Source: Deltaproteobacteria bacterium (GTDB lineage: Bacteria; Desulfobacterota; Desulfobacteria; Desulfobacterales; UBA11574). From it: a DNA stretch of 50,118 nucleotides. The notes under the pieces were generated by a model. The model worked only from the letters and a program-made list of their open reading frames with translations. It was not told the origin of the DNA and ran no database searches. Below are positions 29,220 through 39,037 of this stretch, in pieces (the first letter of the stretch is position 1; each line of letters opens with the position of its first letter). The translations under genes and the position numbers were made by a program. The stretch is taken from positions 1-50,118 of the forward strand of contig JAFDHQ010000003.1 of NCBI GenBank assembly GCA_019308685.1. Direction: 5' to 3'.

Positions 29220-30089
29220 ATGAAATACCTATATTATCCGGGATGTTCTCTTGAGGGAACGGCGTTAGAATACAACTCCTCCACCAGAACCTTCATGCAG
29301 GAACTGGGAGCAGAACTCATTGAACTTGAAGACTGGACCTGTTGCGGTGCCAGTGCTGCCGAGGCCACAAGCCACCTTCTTTCTCTGGCGCTTCCGGCAC
29401 TCGTTCTCGCAAAGGCCGAGAACATGGATGGAGTTAAGGAAATTCTTGTTCCGTGCAGCGCGTGCTATCTAAACCTGAAAAAGGTCGAGGAAAAAATACG
29501 AAAGGATCGGGAGCTTCTTGACCAAATCAACATCATATTAGCCGAAGAAAAGCTTAACCTGCGCGGTCAAATGAAGGTCCGGCATCTCCTTGACGTGGTG
29601 GCAAATGACGTGGGTTCTAAAAAGATTTTTGCCCGCGTGAAAAAGCCGTTAACCGATCTTATCATCGCTCCCTATTATGGCTGCCAGTGCCTTCGCCCGT
29701 ACTCTATTTTTGACGATCCCGAAGATCCCTGCTCTATGGAAGGGATTATTAAAGCCTCGGGGGCAAATATCCATCAATGGAATATGGGGGGAAGATGCTG
29801 TGGCGCATCTCATATGACCACCAAGCCAGAGGTAGCCCTGGAACTCGTGGCCGCTATATTGAAAATGGCCCGGGGAGCAGATGCCATTGTTACGGTTTGT
29901 CCCATGTGCCAGATGAACCTGGAGGCATACCAGAAAAAAATATCAGGGATGTGCAAAGAGGATCTGAGCATGCCCATCCTTTATCTTCCTCAGTTTCTGG
30001 GGCTGGCCCTTGGCCTCTCGGAACAGGATTTGCGATTGGACATGAATCTATCCTTTACCAAAGCCTTCCGAAACAAAGTACTGTCATGA
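29220..30089 (+). CDS. hdrB: Heterodisulfide reductase subunit B
   Basis: MKYLYYPGCS, WTCCG, CSAC, YYGC, RCCG, CPMCQMNL. Confidence 0.92.
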   Translation: MKYLYYPGCSLEGTALEYNSSTRTFMQELGAELIELEDWTCCGASAAEATSHLLSLALPALVLAKAENMDGVKEILVPCSACYLNLKKVEEKIRKDRELLDQINIILAEEKLNLRGQMKVRHLLDVVANDVGSKKIFARVKKPLTDLIIAPYYGCQCLRPYSIFDDPEDPCSMEGIIKASGANIHQWNMGGRCCGASHMTTKPEVALELVAAILKMARGADAIVTVCPMCQMNLEAYQKKISGMCKEDLSMPILYLPQFLGLALGLSEQDLRLDMNLSFTKAFRNKVLS

Positions 30090-30152
30090 ACTTACAAATC
30101 AAACCTCCCCTTTTCTTTGAAACCTTCTGGCTTGAAGAGGAAAGGCCTGACG

Positions 30153-31472
30153 TTACACGGATGCTCGTCGGGAAATGGGTAGCCGGTTTATACTGATGGT
30201 TGGACATGCCGCGGAAAGGGCAACCCGAAGGGCATTTGAACCGAGCAAAGCTTTTTCCGGATCAATCTCTTTGGAATGATGGGCCATAATGATTAAGTCG
30301 GCATTCCTCCACCTGGCGAATTTGAGGATCTCGACATATGGCCTCCCCTCCCATGATTCAAAAGAATATTCTACAACTCCTTCTAATTCCGAGCCATATT
30401 TGTTTTTCATTCTTTCCTTGGCGTCATTGATACTGTTTTCTATATTCGCTTGATCTATCATCAAAACATTCTCATCATGGATAACAGGCACCACGTGAAA
30501 GAGGTGGAGTTTGGCCTGGTATCGGCGGGTCATCCTGGAGGCAAAATCAAAGGCATGTTGAGCCCGTTCAGAAAAGTCCGTAGCCAGGACAATATTAGAA
30601 AACGTCACCTTTACCGATCGAAGAGCTTCAAAATCCTGGTATACCTGAAAGACCTTATCCACAAGGATCTCAGGGTCAAATGGTTTGAGGAGATAGTCAA
30701 GGGCTCCAATCTTCAAGGCTTCTATGGCCGTTTCTACGGTGGCGTAGGCGGTCATCATGATTACGGTAAGATCGGGAAAGGATTTATGGGCCCTTTTAAG
30801 GAGTTCAACACCGTCCATTCCCGGCATTTTGATATCCGTAAGCATCAGGTGATACGGTTGGGTCGACAGTTTATCCAGAGCCTCCGGACCGGATGCCGCC
30901 ATATCCACGGTATAGCCCTCATCTTCAAGCCATTCTTTGATTGAATCGCGAACGACGAGTTCATCGTCCACCACCAGAATTCGAAAATCCCGGCGCTCAC
31001 CAACAGCATCCTTGGTCCAGATCTTTGGAACCTGCTTGGGAACGATCATCACGGGACAGCGTGCCCGTTGGCTCACTTTTTGGAGGCTGCTGCCGGCCAT
31101 CCCCCATCTTGTCGGCAGATCTTCATCGGTTTCTTTTTCATGGGAACCCATGACAATCAGGTCAACGACTTTATTTCTGGCAAAACGCAAGATTTCGCTA
31201 TGAGGCATTCCTGCAACAACTTCGATGGTATAATTTTGAACCCCAAATTTTTCGATCTTTTCTTGATAGTAATGAGCTATTTCTTTTTTTGTTTCCTCTA
31301 CTTTGCCGGAAGGCAAAAGATGTCTCATTCCTCCCCATCCATTTGAGTCTATGCCGTAGGCGTGGAAAATATACAATTCGGCATTGCCTTGCTTGGCCAG
31401 AGCAAAAGCCATATCCGCAGCACGTTTACTGGCTTCTGTGGGAGATGCAGCGAAAAGAACTTTTTTAAACAT
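30153..31472 (-). CDS. USP-receiver-USP fusion (universal stress protein with internal REC domain, 30624-30992)
   Basis: USP1 MFKKVLFA...DLIVMGSH...GS..QKV...CPVMIV; REC LVVDDE/TDIKMP/MTAY/KPF; USP2 FSNIVLATDFS...DLIIMAHH...LLGS...CPTI. Confidence 0.9.
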   Translation of the reverse strand: MFKKVLFAASPTEASKRAADMAFALAKQGNAELYIFHAYGIDSNGWGGMRHLLPSGKVEETKKEIAHYYQEKIEKFGVQNYTIEVVAGMPHSEILRFARNKVVDLIVMGSHEKETDEDLPTRWGMAGSSLQKVSQRARCPVMIVPKQVPKIWTKDAVGERRDFRILVVDDELVVRDSIKEWLEDEGYTVDMAASGPEALDKLSTQPYHLMLTDIKMPGMDGVELLKRAHKSFPDLTVIMMTAYATVETAIEALKIGALDYLLKPFDPEILVDKVFQVYQDFEALRSVKVTFSNIVLATDFSERAQHAFDFASRMTRRYQAKLHLFHVVPVIHDENVLMIDQANIENSINDAKERMKNKYGSELEGVVEYSFESWEGRPYVEILKFARWRNADLIIMAHHSKEIDPEKALLGSNALRVALSAACPTISINRLPISRRASV

Positions 31473-31562
31473 AGTTCCTCCTTGGATTTAGAAACGACTC
31501 AACTCAAAAAATGTGATTCGGGCAACCATTTACATAAATTTAAAACGTTTCTTTTTCTGAGG

Positions 31563-31600
31563 TATTACTCGAATCTTGCACGAGTCGGAGGCTTTCATAT
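31563..31600. repeat. 38 bp intergenic repeat, copy 1
   Basis: TATTACTCGAATCTTGCACGAGTCGGAGGCTTTCATAT; 34/38 identical to 35772-35809. Confidence 0.7.
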
Positions 31601-31640
31601 ATAAGATCCAGTCATTAACCACCGGGTTTGCTTTGAATCC

Positions 31641-33896
31641 CTAAGCTTTTCTGTATTGCCGCTTGGGTTGATCCTCCCTCTTCAGCGACGGAAGACGAAT
31701 CGTAAAAACGGTCCCTTCCCCCAGCTTGCTGTCAACAGTGATAGATCCCTTATAGCGGTCGATGATACCGTAAACCATGGAAAGTCCGAGTCCAAGCCCC
31801 TTCCCTTCTGTTTTTGTGGAATAGAACGGATCAAAAATCTGGTGAATGTCTTCCTCAGCAATACCGCATCCGGTATCTTCTATTTTTATTTCGACCATCT
31901 CCGTTATCGGATCAAATGAACTTACCATGGTCAGGGTGCCGCCATCCGACATGGCGTCAATAGCATTAAAAATGAGATTGATAACGCATTGCTGGGTTTG
32001 ATTAAAGTCCCCCAAAACCTTTGGAATATTCGGATCAAAATCGGTTTTAATCTGGATATTCTGAAGCATGAGTTTGTGCTGGCTGAGCAGAATGCATTTT
32101 TCCAGAAGCTCGTTAATACTCATTTCGCTGAGTTCCAATTCAGATTTGCGTGAGAACGCCAGCAGATTGGAAACGATCTTGGAGCAGCGGCTGGTCTCAC
32201 TCTCAACTAGGGTGAGATGTTTTTGAAACTTTTCTATTCTTTTTTGGTCCAAATCCCCCCTTTTAATGATTTTGAGCATCAGGCGAATATAGTTCAAGAT
32301 TCCTGATAGGGGATTGTTGAGCTCATGGACGACGCTGGCGGACAGCCTGCCCAGAGAAATCATTTTGTGCTCGTGAATCAGTCGGGTTTGATCGGCAAAC
32401 TGCTGTTCCATTCTTCTGATTTCTCTTAAATCCCTGAAAAATCCCACCATGCCGATCTCTTCGTCTTGGTCAAACATAACCGTAGCCGAAAGCTGGACCG
32501 GGATCTTATCACCGGTTTTATTAATCATATATGTTTCAAAAAGAATAAGCCGGTTTTTCCCTCCGTATTCATCGGAAACCAGTTCTTTCCTGACCTCTTC
32601 CAACATCGCCGGCGGGAAAAGATCGTTAAAAGACATTTTCATGATCATTTCATATGCGGAATAACCCAGCAGTTTCTCGGCTTGCTGATTGAAAACGACA
32701 ATGGAACCATCTCTGTCCGAGGCGATGATGGCATCTATGGAACTCTGAATCAGGTTGTGTTCAAACTCAAAGAGTGTTTGGAGCTCTTGTTGCAGGCGCT
32801 TGACCTCGCGCATATCTTTAAAATAGCCTACCGTGGCAACTTCCTGACCTTCTTCATACAGCAATGTTGCGGAGAGCAGAATGGGTACGATCTGCCCATA
32901 CTTATCGACAATTTCCACTTTATAGTTAAGCAAACGGCCGCCCCCCCCGTGTTCAGGCCCGTAAATCATTCTCTTAATTTTTTTAGCCTCGCCCTCTTTG
33001 TAAAACCGGGTAACGTGAATTTTGGAAACTTCCTCCTGGGTGTAACCGAAAACGTTTTCAGCGCCTTTGTTAAAAATGATGATGTTGCCTTTACGGTCAT
33101 TGGCAATGATCGGGTCTATTGAGGTCTGGATAAGGTTGGTTTGAAAGTCATGCGCTTTTTTAAGCTTTCGTTCCATCTCCTTTCTCTGGGTTTGATCCAC
33201 ACAGATCCCTTCATACCCGATAACCTTCCCCTCTCGATCATAGCGGGCGTGGGCGGTTCGCAATACCGAGATCACTCTTCCATCCTTGCGCTTCAAATCA
33301 ACTTCATAGTCAATGACGTGACCGTCTCGTTCAATCAAATCCATGTATTTTCGGCGATCTTCAGGTTTCAGATAAAGGTCTCTGGCGATATCTACCTTAA
33401 GAAACTCCTCTTTGCTCGTGTATCCCAACATCTCCATAAGAGCCTGATTGGCATCAATAAACTTACCTTCCTTGCTGCTTATATGCACACCGACACGCAC
33501 ATGTTCAAACAATTTTTTGTAGTCTTCTATGGAGGCGCGAAGCATTTTTTCGCGCTCTTTTGTCTCTGTGATATCCTGATATATACAAAAATGCGATATG
33601 GTTCCTTTATCGGTTTGCAAAGGTAATTCGAAAATCTCGAAAGTTTTGTCGATGTGCGGAAAGTAGTTTTCCCAACGAAGGGTTTCTCCCTTAAAGACTT
33701 CTTTTGCCCTGCACCAGGAGCAGATATCGTCTTGATTCGCAATCACCTGATAACATTTCTTTCCAATGCCTTCTCCAAAGACGTTAATACTGGCCTTGTT
33801 CATAAATTGTACAGTGTAATCATCCCCGATGATATAAACGCCACACCCCATGGCATCTAAAATTGAAGCAAGCCGTTGGGTCTCTTGATCAATCAT
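31641..33896 (-). CDS. Soluble sensor histidine kinase with four PAS domains
   Basis: VHELNNPL, NLIFNAIDA, DTGCGI, FYSTK, GLGLGL; four PAS-like repeats; first PAS has C-x10-C-x2-C. Confidence 0.95.
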   Translation of the reverse strand: MIDQETQRLASILDAMGCGVYIIGDDYTVQFMNKASINVFGEGIGKKCYQVIANQDDICSWCRAKEVFKGETLRWENYFPHIDKTFEIFELPLQTDKGTISHFCIYQDITETKEREKMLRASIEDYKKLFEHVRVGVHISSKEGKFIDANQALMEMLGYTSKEEFLKVDIARDLYLKPEDRRKYMDLIERDGHVIDYEVDLKRKDGRVISVLRTAHARYDREGKVIGYEGICVDQTQRKEMERKLKKAHDFQTNLIQTSIDPIIANDRKGNIIIFNKGAENVFGYTQEEVSKIHVTRFYKEGEAKKIKRMIYGPEHGGGGRLLNYKVEIVDKYGQIVPILLSATLLYEEGQEVATVGYFKDMREVKRLQQELQTLFEFEHNLIQSSIDAIIASDRDGSIVVFNQQAEKLLGYSAYEMIMKMSFNDLFPPAMLEEVRKELVSDEYGGKNRLILFETYMINKTGDKIPVQLSATVMFDQDEEIGMVGFFRDLREIRRMEQQFADQTRLIHEHKMISLGRLSASVVHELNNPLSGILNYIRLMLKIIKRGDLDQKRIEKFQKHLTLVESETSRCSKIVSNLLAFSRKSELELSEMSINELLEKCILLSQHKLMLQNIQIKTDFDPNIPKVLGDFNQTQQCVINLIFNAIDAMSDGGTLTMVSSFDPITEMVEIKIEDTGCGIAEEDIHQIFDPFYSTKTEGKGLGLGLSMVYGIIDRYKGSITVDSKLGEGTVFTIRLPSLKREDQPKRQYRKA

Positions 33897-33979
33897 GGTA
33901 TGTTTCTCTCCTTGTGGGGTGTCTGAAAATTTTCGTGTTCAATTTTCTTTTCAATCTCTCGTTGGCCCGAGCGGTGCGT

Positions 33980-34366
33980 TTATCTGGGATGACATTCGCT
34001 GCACATGATCGGTCCGGCCTTTTTTTCCTGGTGGCATCCCTTGCATTGCAAATGGTAAATGTTTACAAGGGAAATGGGGTTGTCGCCTTTATTAATGGTA
34101 TGGCATTCCGAACATTCCTGGCCTTCGGACGAATCATATTCAACGAGTTTCCCATCCTCATATACATGATGACACGTATTGCATTCATCAAGCTCTGCCT
34201 GTTCATTGTGCTGATCATGCAGAAACGGAACCCCCGGTCTCATCTTCTTCTCAAATGCGCTGTCTTCAACAGTTGTCACATCTTCCTGTGAATAGCCGGA
34301 CATCACCGCAAATATACAACCCAACAGAATTATTAACGTATATATTATCAAAGTCCTTTTTTCCAT
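33980..34366 (-). CDS. tmcA: Acidic tetraheme cytochrome c3 (TmcA)
   Basis: Signal peptide; four CxxCH (CNTCH, CSECH, CKGCH, CSECH); FLHDQH; tmc context. Confidence 0.88.
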   Translation of the reverse strand: MEKRTLIIYTLIILLGCIFAVMSGYSQEDVTTVEDSAFEKKMRPGVPFLHDQHNEQAELDECNTCHHVYEDGKLVEYDSSEGQECSECHTINKGDNPISLVNIYHLQCKGCHQEKKAGPIMCSECHPR

Positions 34367-34412
34367 CAAGATTCCCCCGATTTTATGAGCCCGGCCCAAC
34401 TGAATTTACTCT

Positions 34413-35756
34413 TTATTCCGGTTTTTCCATGACTTTGTATATAATATCACCCAGAAAATGTAGTTCCATATCGAGGCCGAAGTGATGATTAATATCTTCA
34501 ATTCCGCCATGACAGTTATGGCAAGGGGCTATTATAACCTTTGCACCCCTGGCCTTTGTCGCAAATAACTGCTCTGCCTTGATCCTGTTCCCTTTAATCC
34601 GTGTCATCTTGTATTGAGGACCGGTGTTTATTACACCGCCTCCGGCACAACAACAATAATTATGTTCCCGATTGGGATGCATCTCGATAAATTCTTCACA
34701 AATGGCATTAACAACATAACGCGCCTTTTCATGAAGCCCTTTTCCCCGGACAATATTGCAGGGATCCTGAAAGGTCACCGGCTTATCATATTTTTTAGTG
34801 ATTTTTATCTTCCCCTCTTTTAATAATTCATAATAGAGTTCCACGGCATGTATAATGGGTATTGGCGGCATCTTCCATGCCAGCCAGCGGTTTCCCACAT
34901 CATATACCGATCGGAATGCATGTCCGCATTCTCCCATTACAATACGCTTGACCTTGAGGCGCATCGCCGTTTCAAAATGTGCCTTTTTTAACCGGCCCAT
35001 CATTTCATAGTCTCCGGTAAACATGCATAGATCGCTGTTGTCCCATCCGGGTGTTGCCGGCATGGTAAAATCAACTCCGGCTACATTCATGATAACCGCA
35101 GCCTGATATATGAGCTGTGCTCGAAATTTCGGTTCAGGAGCAATCACAGAGTAAAGAGTTTCAGCTCCTTCCTTTTCCAGGGGTATTCTTAAAGAAGATA
35201 TTTCATCCTGTGCTTCTTCTTCTTGCCAAAACAGACTGTCAATCCATTCATCTTCCTTTACCCACATCTGGTTTAAGCAGGCGGAATGGCTGTGCGCGGT
35301 ATCCTGTATGTACAGCGGGGTGACCCCCAGCATATGGCAGAGCCTTCGCACAATAGACATTAAGTAAGCAATGTCTATACCAAATGGGCAATACATGGCG
35401 CAGCGTCGGCACAGGTTGCATTCCGTGTATGCAATGCGGGAGGCATTTCTTATAAACTCAGGATCAACGTTACCCTTTTTCTTTAATATTTCCCATATGG
35501 TTTGTTTCACCTTACCCGCAGGAGAATATTTCGGATCGTTATCATGGGAAAGATAATAGTGGCAAGCCTCAGAGCAAAGTCCACAGTGGACACAGGTTTC
35601 AACATAGGCCTTCAGCCGGGCGCCGGTTTCCGACGCCAAAACCTTGTTGATAACCTGCTTGATCTTCTCCGGAGTCAAGCGTGCAATTCCCTTATCAATC
35701 CCCTCATCAACAACTTTATTAATTTCATCTTTTTTATTAATGGCTGGTTCAGCCAT
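34413..35756 (-). CDS. tmcB: TmcB, HdrD/DsrK-like Fe-S/CCG subunit
   Basis: CVHCGLCSEAC, CNLCRRCAMYCPFGID, GECGHA, DPCN, CCCAGGG, PCHNC. Confidence 0.88.
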   Translation of the reverse strand: MAEPAINKKDEINKVVDEGIDKGIARLTPEKIKQVINKVLASETGARLKAYVETCVHCGLCSEACHYYLSHDNDPKYSPAGKVKQTIWEILKKKGNVDPEFIRNASRIAYTECNLCRRCAMYCPFGIDIAYLMSIVRRLCHMLGVTPLYIQDTAHSHSACLNQMWVKEDEWIDSLFWQEEEAQDEISSLRIPLEKEGAETLYSVIAPEPKFRAQLIYQAAVIMNVAGVDFTMPATPGWDNSDLCMFTGDYEMMGRLKKAHFETAMRLKVKRIVMGECGHAFRSVYDVGNRWLAWKMPPIPIIHAVELYYELLKEGKIKITKKYDKPVTFQDPCNIVRGKGLHEKARYVVNAICEEFIEMHPNREHNYCCCAGGGVINTGPQYKMTRIKGNRIKAEQLFATKARGAKVIIAPCHNCHGGIEDINHHFGLDMELHFLGDIIYKVMEKPE

Positions 35757-35771
35757 GTTATATTCTCCTTT

Positions 35772-35809
35772 TATTACCTGAATCTTGCACGATTCGGAGG
35801 CTTTTATAT
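35772..35809. repeat. 38 bp intergenic repeat, copy 2
   Basis: Repeat of 31563-31600; part of the hairpin CCTGAATCTTGCACGA...TCATGCAAAATTCAGG. Confidence 0.7.
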
Positions 35810-35840
35810 TTCATGCAAAATTCAGGGATTAAATTGTTTC

Positions 35841-36500
35841 CTACCAATCCTTTGCATGCCTGACAGCACCGAATTCAGATCCCATGTACCCCCTTGTAAA
35901 GGGGAAAAAAATCATATGTATCAAACGTGTAAAAGGAATTGCCGCCAGCATGGTTTCTCCGGCTATGATGTGGAGAATTCCCATAATTCTAAAACCCGGC
36001 CACTGATGATATGTCCAGAAACCCGTGATAAAGGGTGCAGCAACAATAGCAAGTATTACATAATCAGAAATAGAGGTTAAGTACTTGACCTCCGGCAGAA
36101 CGATTCTTCTCACAAGAAAAAAAATACATGAAGCAATAGCCACTATCGTCAATACATCGGCAGCAGTGTCCGAAATATACCACCAGCTAACCCCCCACGA
36201 TTCTTTCCAGAGAATGATATGTGCGCTAAGAAAAATCGGGATAAAAATAATGCAGATATGAAATGTAAATGTGACGATGGTGAAAAACGGATTTTTCCTC
36301 CATTTTACAGTCCCAAAAGGGGTGATCCAATGCAGGATCGACCGAAGTCCAAATTTGAAACTCATATATTCATATACGAATACATCCTTCTTCCTGGCCA
36401 GCACGGCCATGGAGATCAGCCGGTACAAACACCCCGCAAAAAAGATAATAAAGGAGGCCCAGACCAGCGGGCCGCTAACAAAATTATAGATATCATGCAT
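35841..36500 (-). CDS. tmcC: TmcC, NarI-like membrane cytochrome b
   Basis: Several TM helices; FH, LSAH, LHI..GE, IPFTRLIH; C-terminal RGYMGSEFG. Confidence 0.88.
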   Translation of the reverse strand: MHDIYNFVSGPLVWASFIIFFAGCLYRLISMAVLARKKDVFVYEYMSFKFGLRSILHWITPFGTVKWRKNPFFTIVTFTFHICIIFIPIFLSAHIILWKESWGVSWWYISDTAADVLTIVAIASCIFFLVRRIVLPEVKYLTSISDYVILAIVAAPFITGFWTYHQWPGFRIMGILHIIAGETMLAAIPFTRLIHMIFFPFTRGYMGSEFGAVRHAKDW

Positions 36501-36535
36501 GGCTTTTTTCCCTTTTAGCCCGAGAGAGATCCGGG

Positions 36536-37819
36536 TTAGCCGGTAATTTCGGTGACCGTTAAAACCTGTCGAAAATACTTGCCGTCCTCGGAATCGCCCT
36601 CGATTCCTTTTATGAGAATCTTTTTAGAGTCAGGGCTGAAAACAGGATCCCACAGCGCTTCATACGATTTCTTAAGAGATTTGCCATCTATCACGATGGT
36701 ATAACGTCCATTTTTTTCGACTTTTGCAGCGACCCTTCTGCTGTCAGGGCTGAAAACAGGCTGCCAGACCATATTATATGTTTCCCCCCAAGCCCTACCG
36801 TCCACAGCAATGGTATACTTTCCGTCTTCTTTTCCGATGCAGGCAATCCTGCTTCCGTCCGGGCTGAAAACCGCATCAGTAACAAGATCACCAAAGGTGA
36901 GAGACCAGGGGTTACCGTCAACTGCAATGGTCCAGCGACCATATTTGGGTGCCACCACGGCAGCTATTTTTTTTCCGTCCGGACTGTACATATGGTGCCA
37001 GAGTTGATAAAAAGAGCGATCCCAAAACGAGTTGCCGTCTTGGGCAAGAGTCCATTTTCCCGCTATCCTTACCGGCGCAGTAACAGAACCGTTTGCCGGG
37101 CTGAATTGCGGCATCCAAACGGAAGAATATACCTTATCCCAAAGAACTCCGTCCACAGCAATGGTGTAATCATAAAGGGAAGTTCTCACTTCCGCGGCCA
37201 CGTGATCAGAATCATGGGAAAAGGCCAGGCCCCAAACGTTAACGAAATTTGCATCCCATGTCTTTCCGTCCACCACTGCGGAATAACAACCTTCCTGAAA
37301 TTGAAAAATATCCCCTTGTTTAATCGGGATGGTAGGGACGACACCGGCAACTCTTTTCCCATCATGGCTGATGGTGAGATTGCTCAGGTCTGAAAATCTC
37401 GCCTCCCATGATATATCGTTTGTCACGGCAAAGTATTCCATGTCTTTTTGAGCAGCTACGGTGATATTTTTGCCGTCCGCCCCGAATTTGGTATTCCATA
37501 AAAAATCAAAGGTGTTTTCCCAGGCAACGCCATCCACCGACACCGTCCATGCTCCCATATCCGACACCAATGCCGTCAACCGGTTATCAGGCCCAAATTT
37601 TAAATACCATACTTTATCAAACGTACTTTCCCAAAGCGTATCATTTTCACAAACTCTAAATTCCATGTCACCTGTTTTAACCACTGCTACGATACGTTCT
37701 CCGTCCGGGCTGGCATAAGGTTCCTCTACCCCGTCGAACATATTCTTCCACTTACCGGTATCCACAATTAACTTTTTTCCGGTTTCCCAGTCCCAGGTGC
37801 TTAAATTATGCATGACCAT
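36536..37819 (-). CDS. tmcD: TmcD, Trp-rich beta-propeller-like subunit
   Basis: Repeated W..P.FSPDG / VDG..W units; N-terminal WDW; tmc context. Confidence 0.85.
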   Translation of the reverse strand: MVMHNLSTWDWETGKKLIVDTGKWKNMFDGVEEPYASPDGERIVAVVKTGDMEFRVCENDTLWESTFDKVWYLKFGPDNRLTALVSDMGAWTVSVDGVAWENTFDFLWNTKFGADGKNITVAAQKDMEYFAVTNDISWEARFSDLSNLTISHDGKRVAGVVPTIPIKQGDIFQFQEGCYSAVVDGKTWDANFVNVWGLAFSHDSDHVAAEVRTSLYDYTIAVDGVLWDKVYSSVWMPQFSPANGSVTAPVRIAGKWTLAQDGNSFWDRSFYQLWHHMYSPDGKKIAAVVAPKYGRWTIAVDGNPWSLTFGDLVTDAVFSPDGSRIACIGKEDGKYTIAVDGRAWGETYNMVWQPVFSPDSRRVAAKVEKNGRYTIVIDGKSLKKSYEALWDPVFSPDSKKILIKGIEGDSEDGKYFRQVLTVTEITG

Positions 37820-38064
37820 TTTCTTTTTGAATAGCTCCTTGTCTGATCTTAACTATACGGGTTTTGCATGTATTCTATCTTATATTAATTTTCAGAAAAA
37901 ACAATTTCAAAATTTGAGCCCACCATTTAAACCATGCTTTACCCATGTATTTATTAGATTTATTTTTATTAATATCAAACTATTAAATTCCTCCCTCTAT
38001 TTTAATTTTATTCTGTTCCGCAACGAGACCACACCGCTTTAAAAGAAAATTTTTACAATTACAC

Positions 38065-38210
38065 TAGAAACCATCTCAAAAATAGGATTTTGGCTCAAGG
38101 TCAAGGCGGGACCGAGTTTAAACCCGCAGGCATACTCAAGTATGTCGAGGACTTGAAACGAGGGCCTAACACAGAGATTGGAGAAAAAGACTTTTTTGAG
38201 ATAGCTTCTA
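38065..38210. repeat. ERIC-like/MITE repeat, subfamily B (146 bp, TA...TA)
   Basis: TAGAAACCATCTCAAAAA / TTTTTGAGATAGCTTCTA. Core CCCGCAGGCATAC-TCAA-GTATGTCGAGGACT. Confidence 0.8.
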
Positions 38211-38361
38211 GTATGCATGCGACGCACAGACAGGCGAGGCCAAGCAATTTCTCTTGGCTTTTTAAAAAAAACATTTTTTCTTTAACTTTGATAAAAATTT
38301 TTATATATTTAATTTTGGCTGAATCAGAAGCGGATAGTAAATTATCTCTTGGAGGGTAGCT

Positions 38362-38997
38362 ATGGATTATAAAGACTCCGACCTTAAGGGTCAAGTAAAT
38401 TCAGAACCGGAAAACAATACTTTTTATGAAGAAGACTATTTGCAATGGGATAAGAAAAAAAAGTCAAAATTCGGTTCCAGGGCGTTCAAAATTCCTGAAA
38501 CAATCCCTTTCTCATGGTTTGGGGCATTTGTTTTAATTTTGATCATCCTGTTAATTTTGGTTTTGGGAGGGACATTAGGAACCGTGGTCGGCTTTGAAAA
38601 CAGGTTAAAAGAGCTTGAACAAAAAGTCGCTGGGTTTCAAGATATGAACGACAAAACAACACAGGTTCTGGAACAGGTACAAGCTCTCGAACCGTTCAAG
38701 GATCGTTTTGACCGATTGGAAGCTTCCATGACGTTAAGAATGGATCACGTCGCAAAAGGCTTGAATGATTTGCAGAAAAAGATAGCCCAAGTCAGGCCAA
38801 AAAAACCACAAGTCTTGAAACCGGCAAAGGCTGCCCCGAAAACGACAAAAAAACGTTACTACACGGTCCAATCCGGTGATACACTATACAGAATCAGTCG
38901 AACGAATGGTTTGACGGTGGAGAAATTACGGGCTCTGAATAAATTGTCTGACACAGCTGTCATCCATCCCGGTCAGGAATTGTTAGTAAGCCCTTAA
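38362..38997 (+). CDS. Membrane-anchored coiled-coil protein with C-terminal LysM domain
   Basis: Single TM segment, coiled coil, YYTVQSGDTLYRISRTNGLTVEKLRALNKL...IHPGQEL. Confidence 0.9.
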   Translation: MDYKDSDLKGQVNSEPENNTFYEEDYLQWDKKKKSKFGSRAFKIPETIPFSWFGAFVLILIILLILVLGGTLGTVVGFENRLKELEQKVAGFQDMNDKTTQVLEQVQALEPFKDRFDRLEASMTLRMDHVAKGLNDLQKKIAQVRPKKPQVLKPAKAAPKTTKKRYYTVQSGDTLYRISRTNGLTVEKLRALNKLSDTAVIHPGQELLVSP

Positions 38998-39037
38998 CCC
39001 GGGCAACCCGAGCGCACGAATTCAACATATCATAAAA

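Noticed and set aside
19054-30089. Canonical flxABCD-hdrABC or qmoABC operon
   Set aside because: There is no FlxA NAD/FAD subunit, no AsrA-like FlxB/C, and no membrane QmoC or aprAB. The mvhD/flxD naming remains ambiguous.
36536-37819. Internal repeats in tmcD as a DNA repeat element
   Set aside because: They encode the protein's propeller-like repeats (FSPD, VDG..W).
38039-38394. Short ORFs over repeats (also 5690-5950, 38960-39211, and the 5' extensions at 23319 and 40153)
   Set aside because: They are translations of palindromic elements or antisense frames, and better RBS-linked starts exist downstream.
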